This document shows, one piece after another, positions 63,898 to 64,000 of a stretch of 64,000 nt of DNA (within the stretch, counting starts at the first letter, position 1; each line of letters opens with the position of its first letter). This stretch comes from Octopus sinensis (taxonomy: Eukaryota): NCBI RefSeq assembly GCF_006345805.1, contig NC_043000.1, positions 125,798,001 to 125,862,000 on the forward strand. Reading direction: 5' to 3'. The notes under the pieces are model-generated. The model saw nothing but the letters and a program-made list of their open reading frames with translations. It was not told where the DNA came from and searched no databases. The position numbers and the translations under genes are program-made.

Positions 63898-64000
63898 ATC
63901 CTTAACAACACTTGGTCTAGTTATATCAGCTTTAGCTGACCAAGCTGCTGGGAAGAACAAGAATAAATTTGTACCATACCGAGACTCTGTCCTGACATGG
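63898..64000 (+). CDS. KIF13: Next coding exon of the KIF13-like kinesin, truncated by the window end
   Basis: Follows a polypyrimidine tract and ttccAG (63896-97). The first base completes the split codon aa|a (K). It then reads [34 protein letters not shown], in phase with the previous exon; VPYRDS.LTW is the kinesin helix 4/loop 12 motif. Confidence 0.96.

Noticed and set aside
1-64000. CRISPR arrays, prokaryotic operons or defence systems
   Set aside because: The DNA is eukaryotic intron; the repeats are dispersed SINEs and microsatellites, not regularly spaced direct repeats with unique spacers.

Overview
AT-rich, repeat-dense animal genomic DNA, almost certainly from an octopod cephalopod (inferred from the tRNA-derived SINE families and a mollusc-type mitochondrial 16S insert). 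The window lies inside one + strand gene, a kinesin-3 of the KIF13A/B type. Only two motor-domain exons are present: 42959-43071 ([32 protein letters not shown]) and 63898-64000, which runs off the window ([34 protein letters not shown]). Everything else is intron: more than 42.9 kb upstream and 20,826 nt between the exons. The introns are packed with at least five SINE-like families, RTE and CR1/L2-type LINE fragments, mariner and hAT elements, MITEs and microsatellites. Nearly all ORFs in the supplied track are microsatellite or repeat artefacts. Highlights: (1) a perfect 167-bp-arm palindrome inserted in a (TA)n tract, each arm carrying a structurally complete minimal type I hammerhead ribozyme of the Penelope/retrozyme kind, plus decayed hammerhead relics elsewhere in the introns; (2) a ~124-bp mitochondrial 16S rRNA NUMT inside a Tc1/mariner transposase remnant; (3) a hAT MITE with two nested insertions; (4) a SINE that has acquired a 58-bp inverted copy of its own head; (5) an all-sense orientation bias of one SINE family; (6) a 435-bp tandem duplication. 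All alignments and folds were done by eye, and boundaries of degenerate repeats are approximate.
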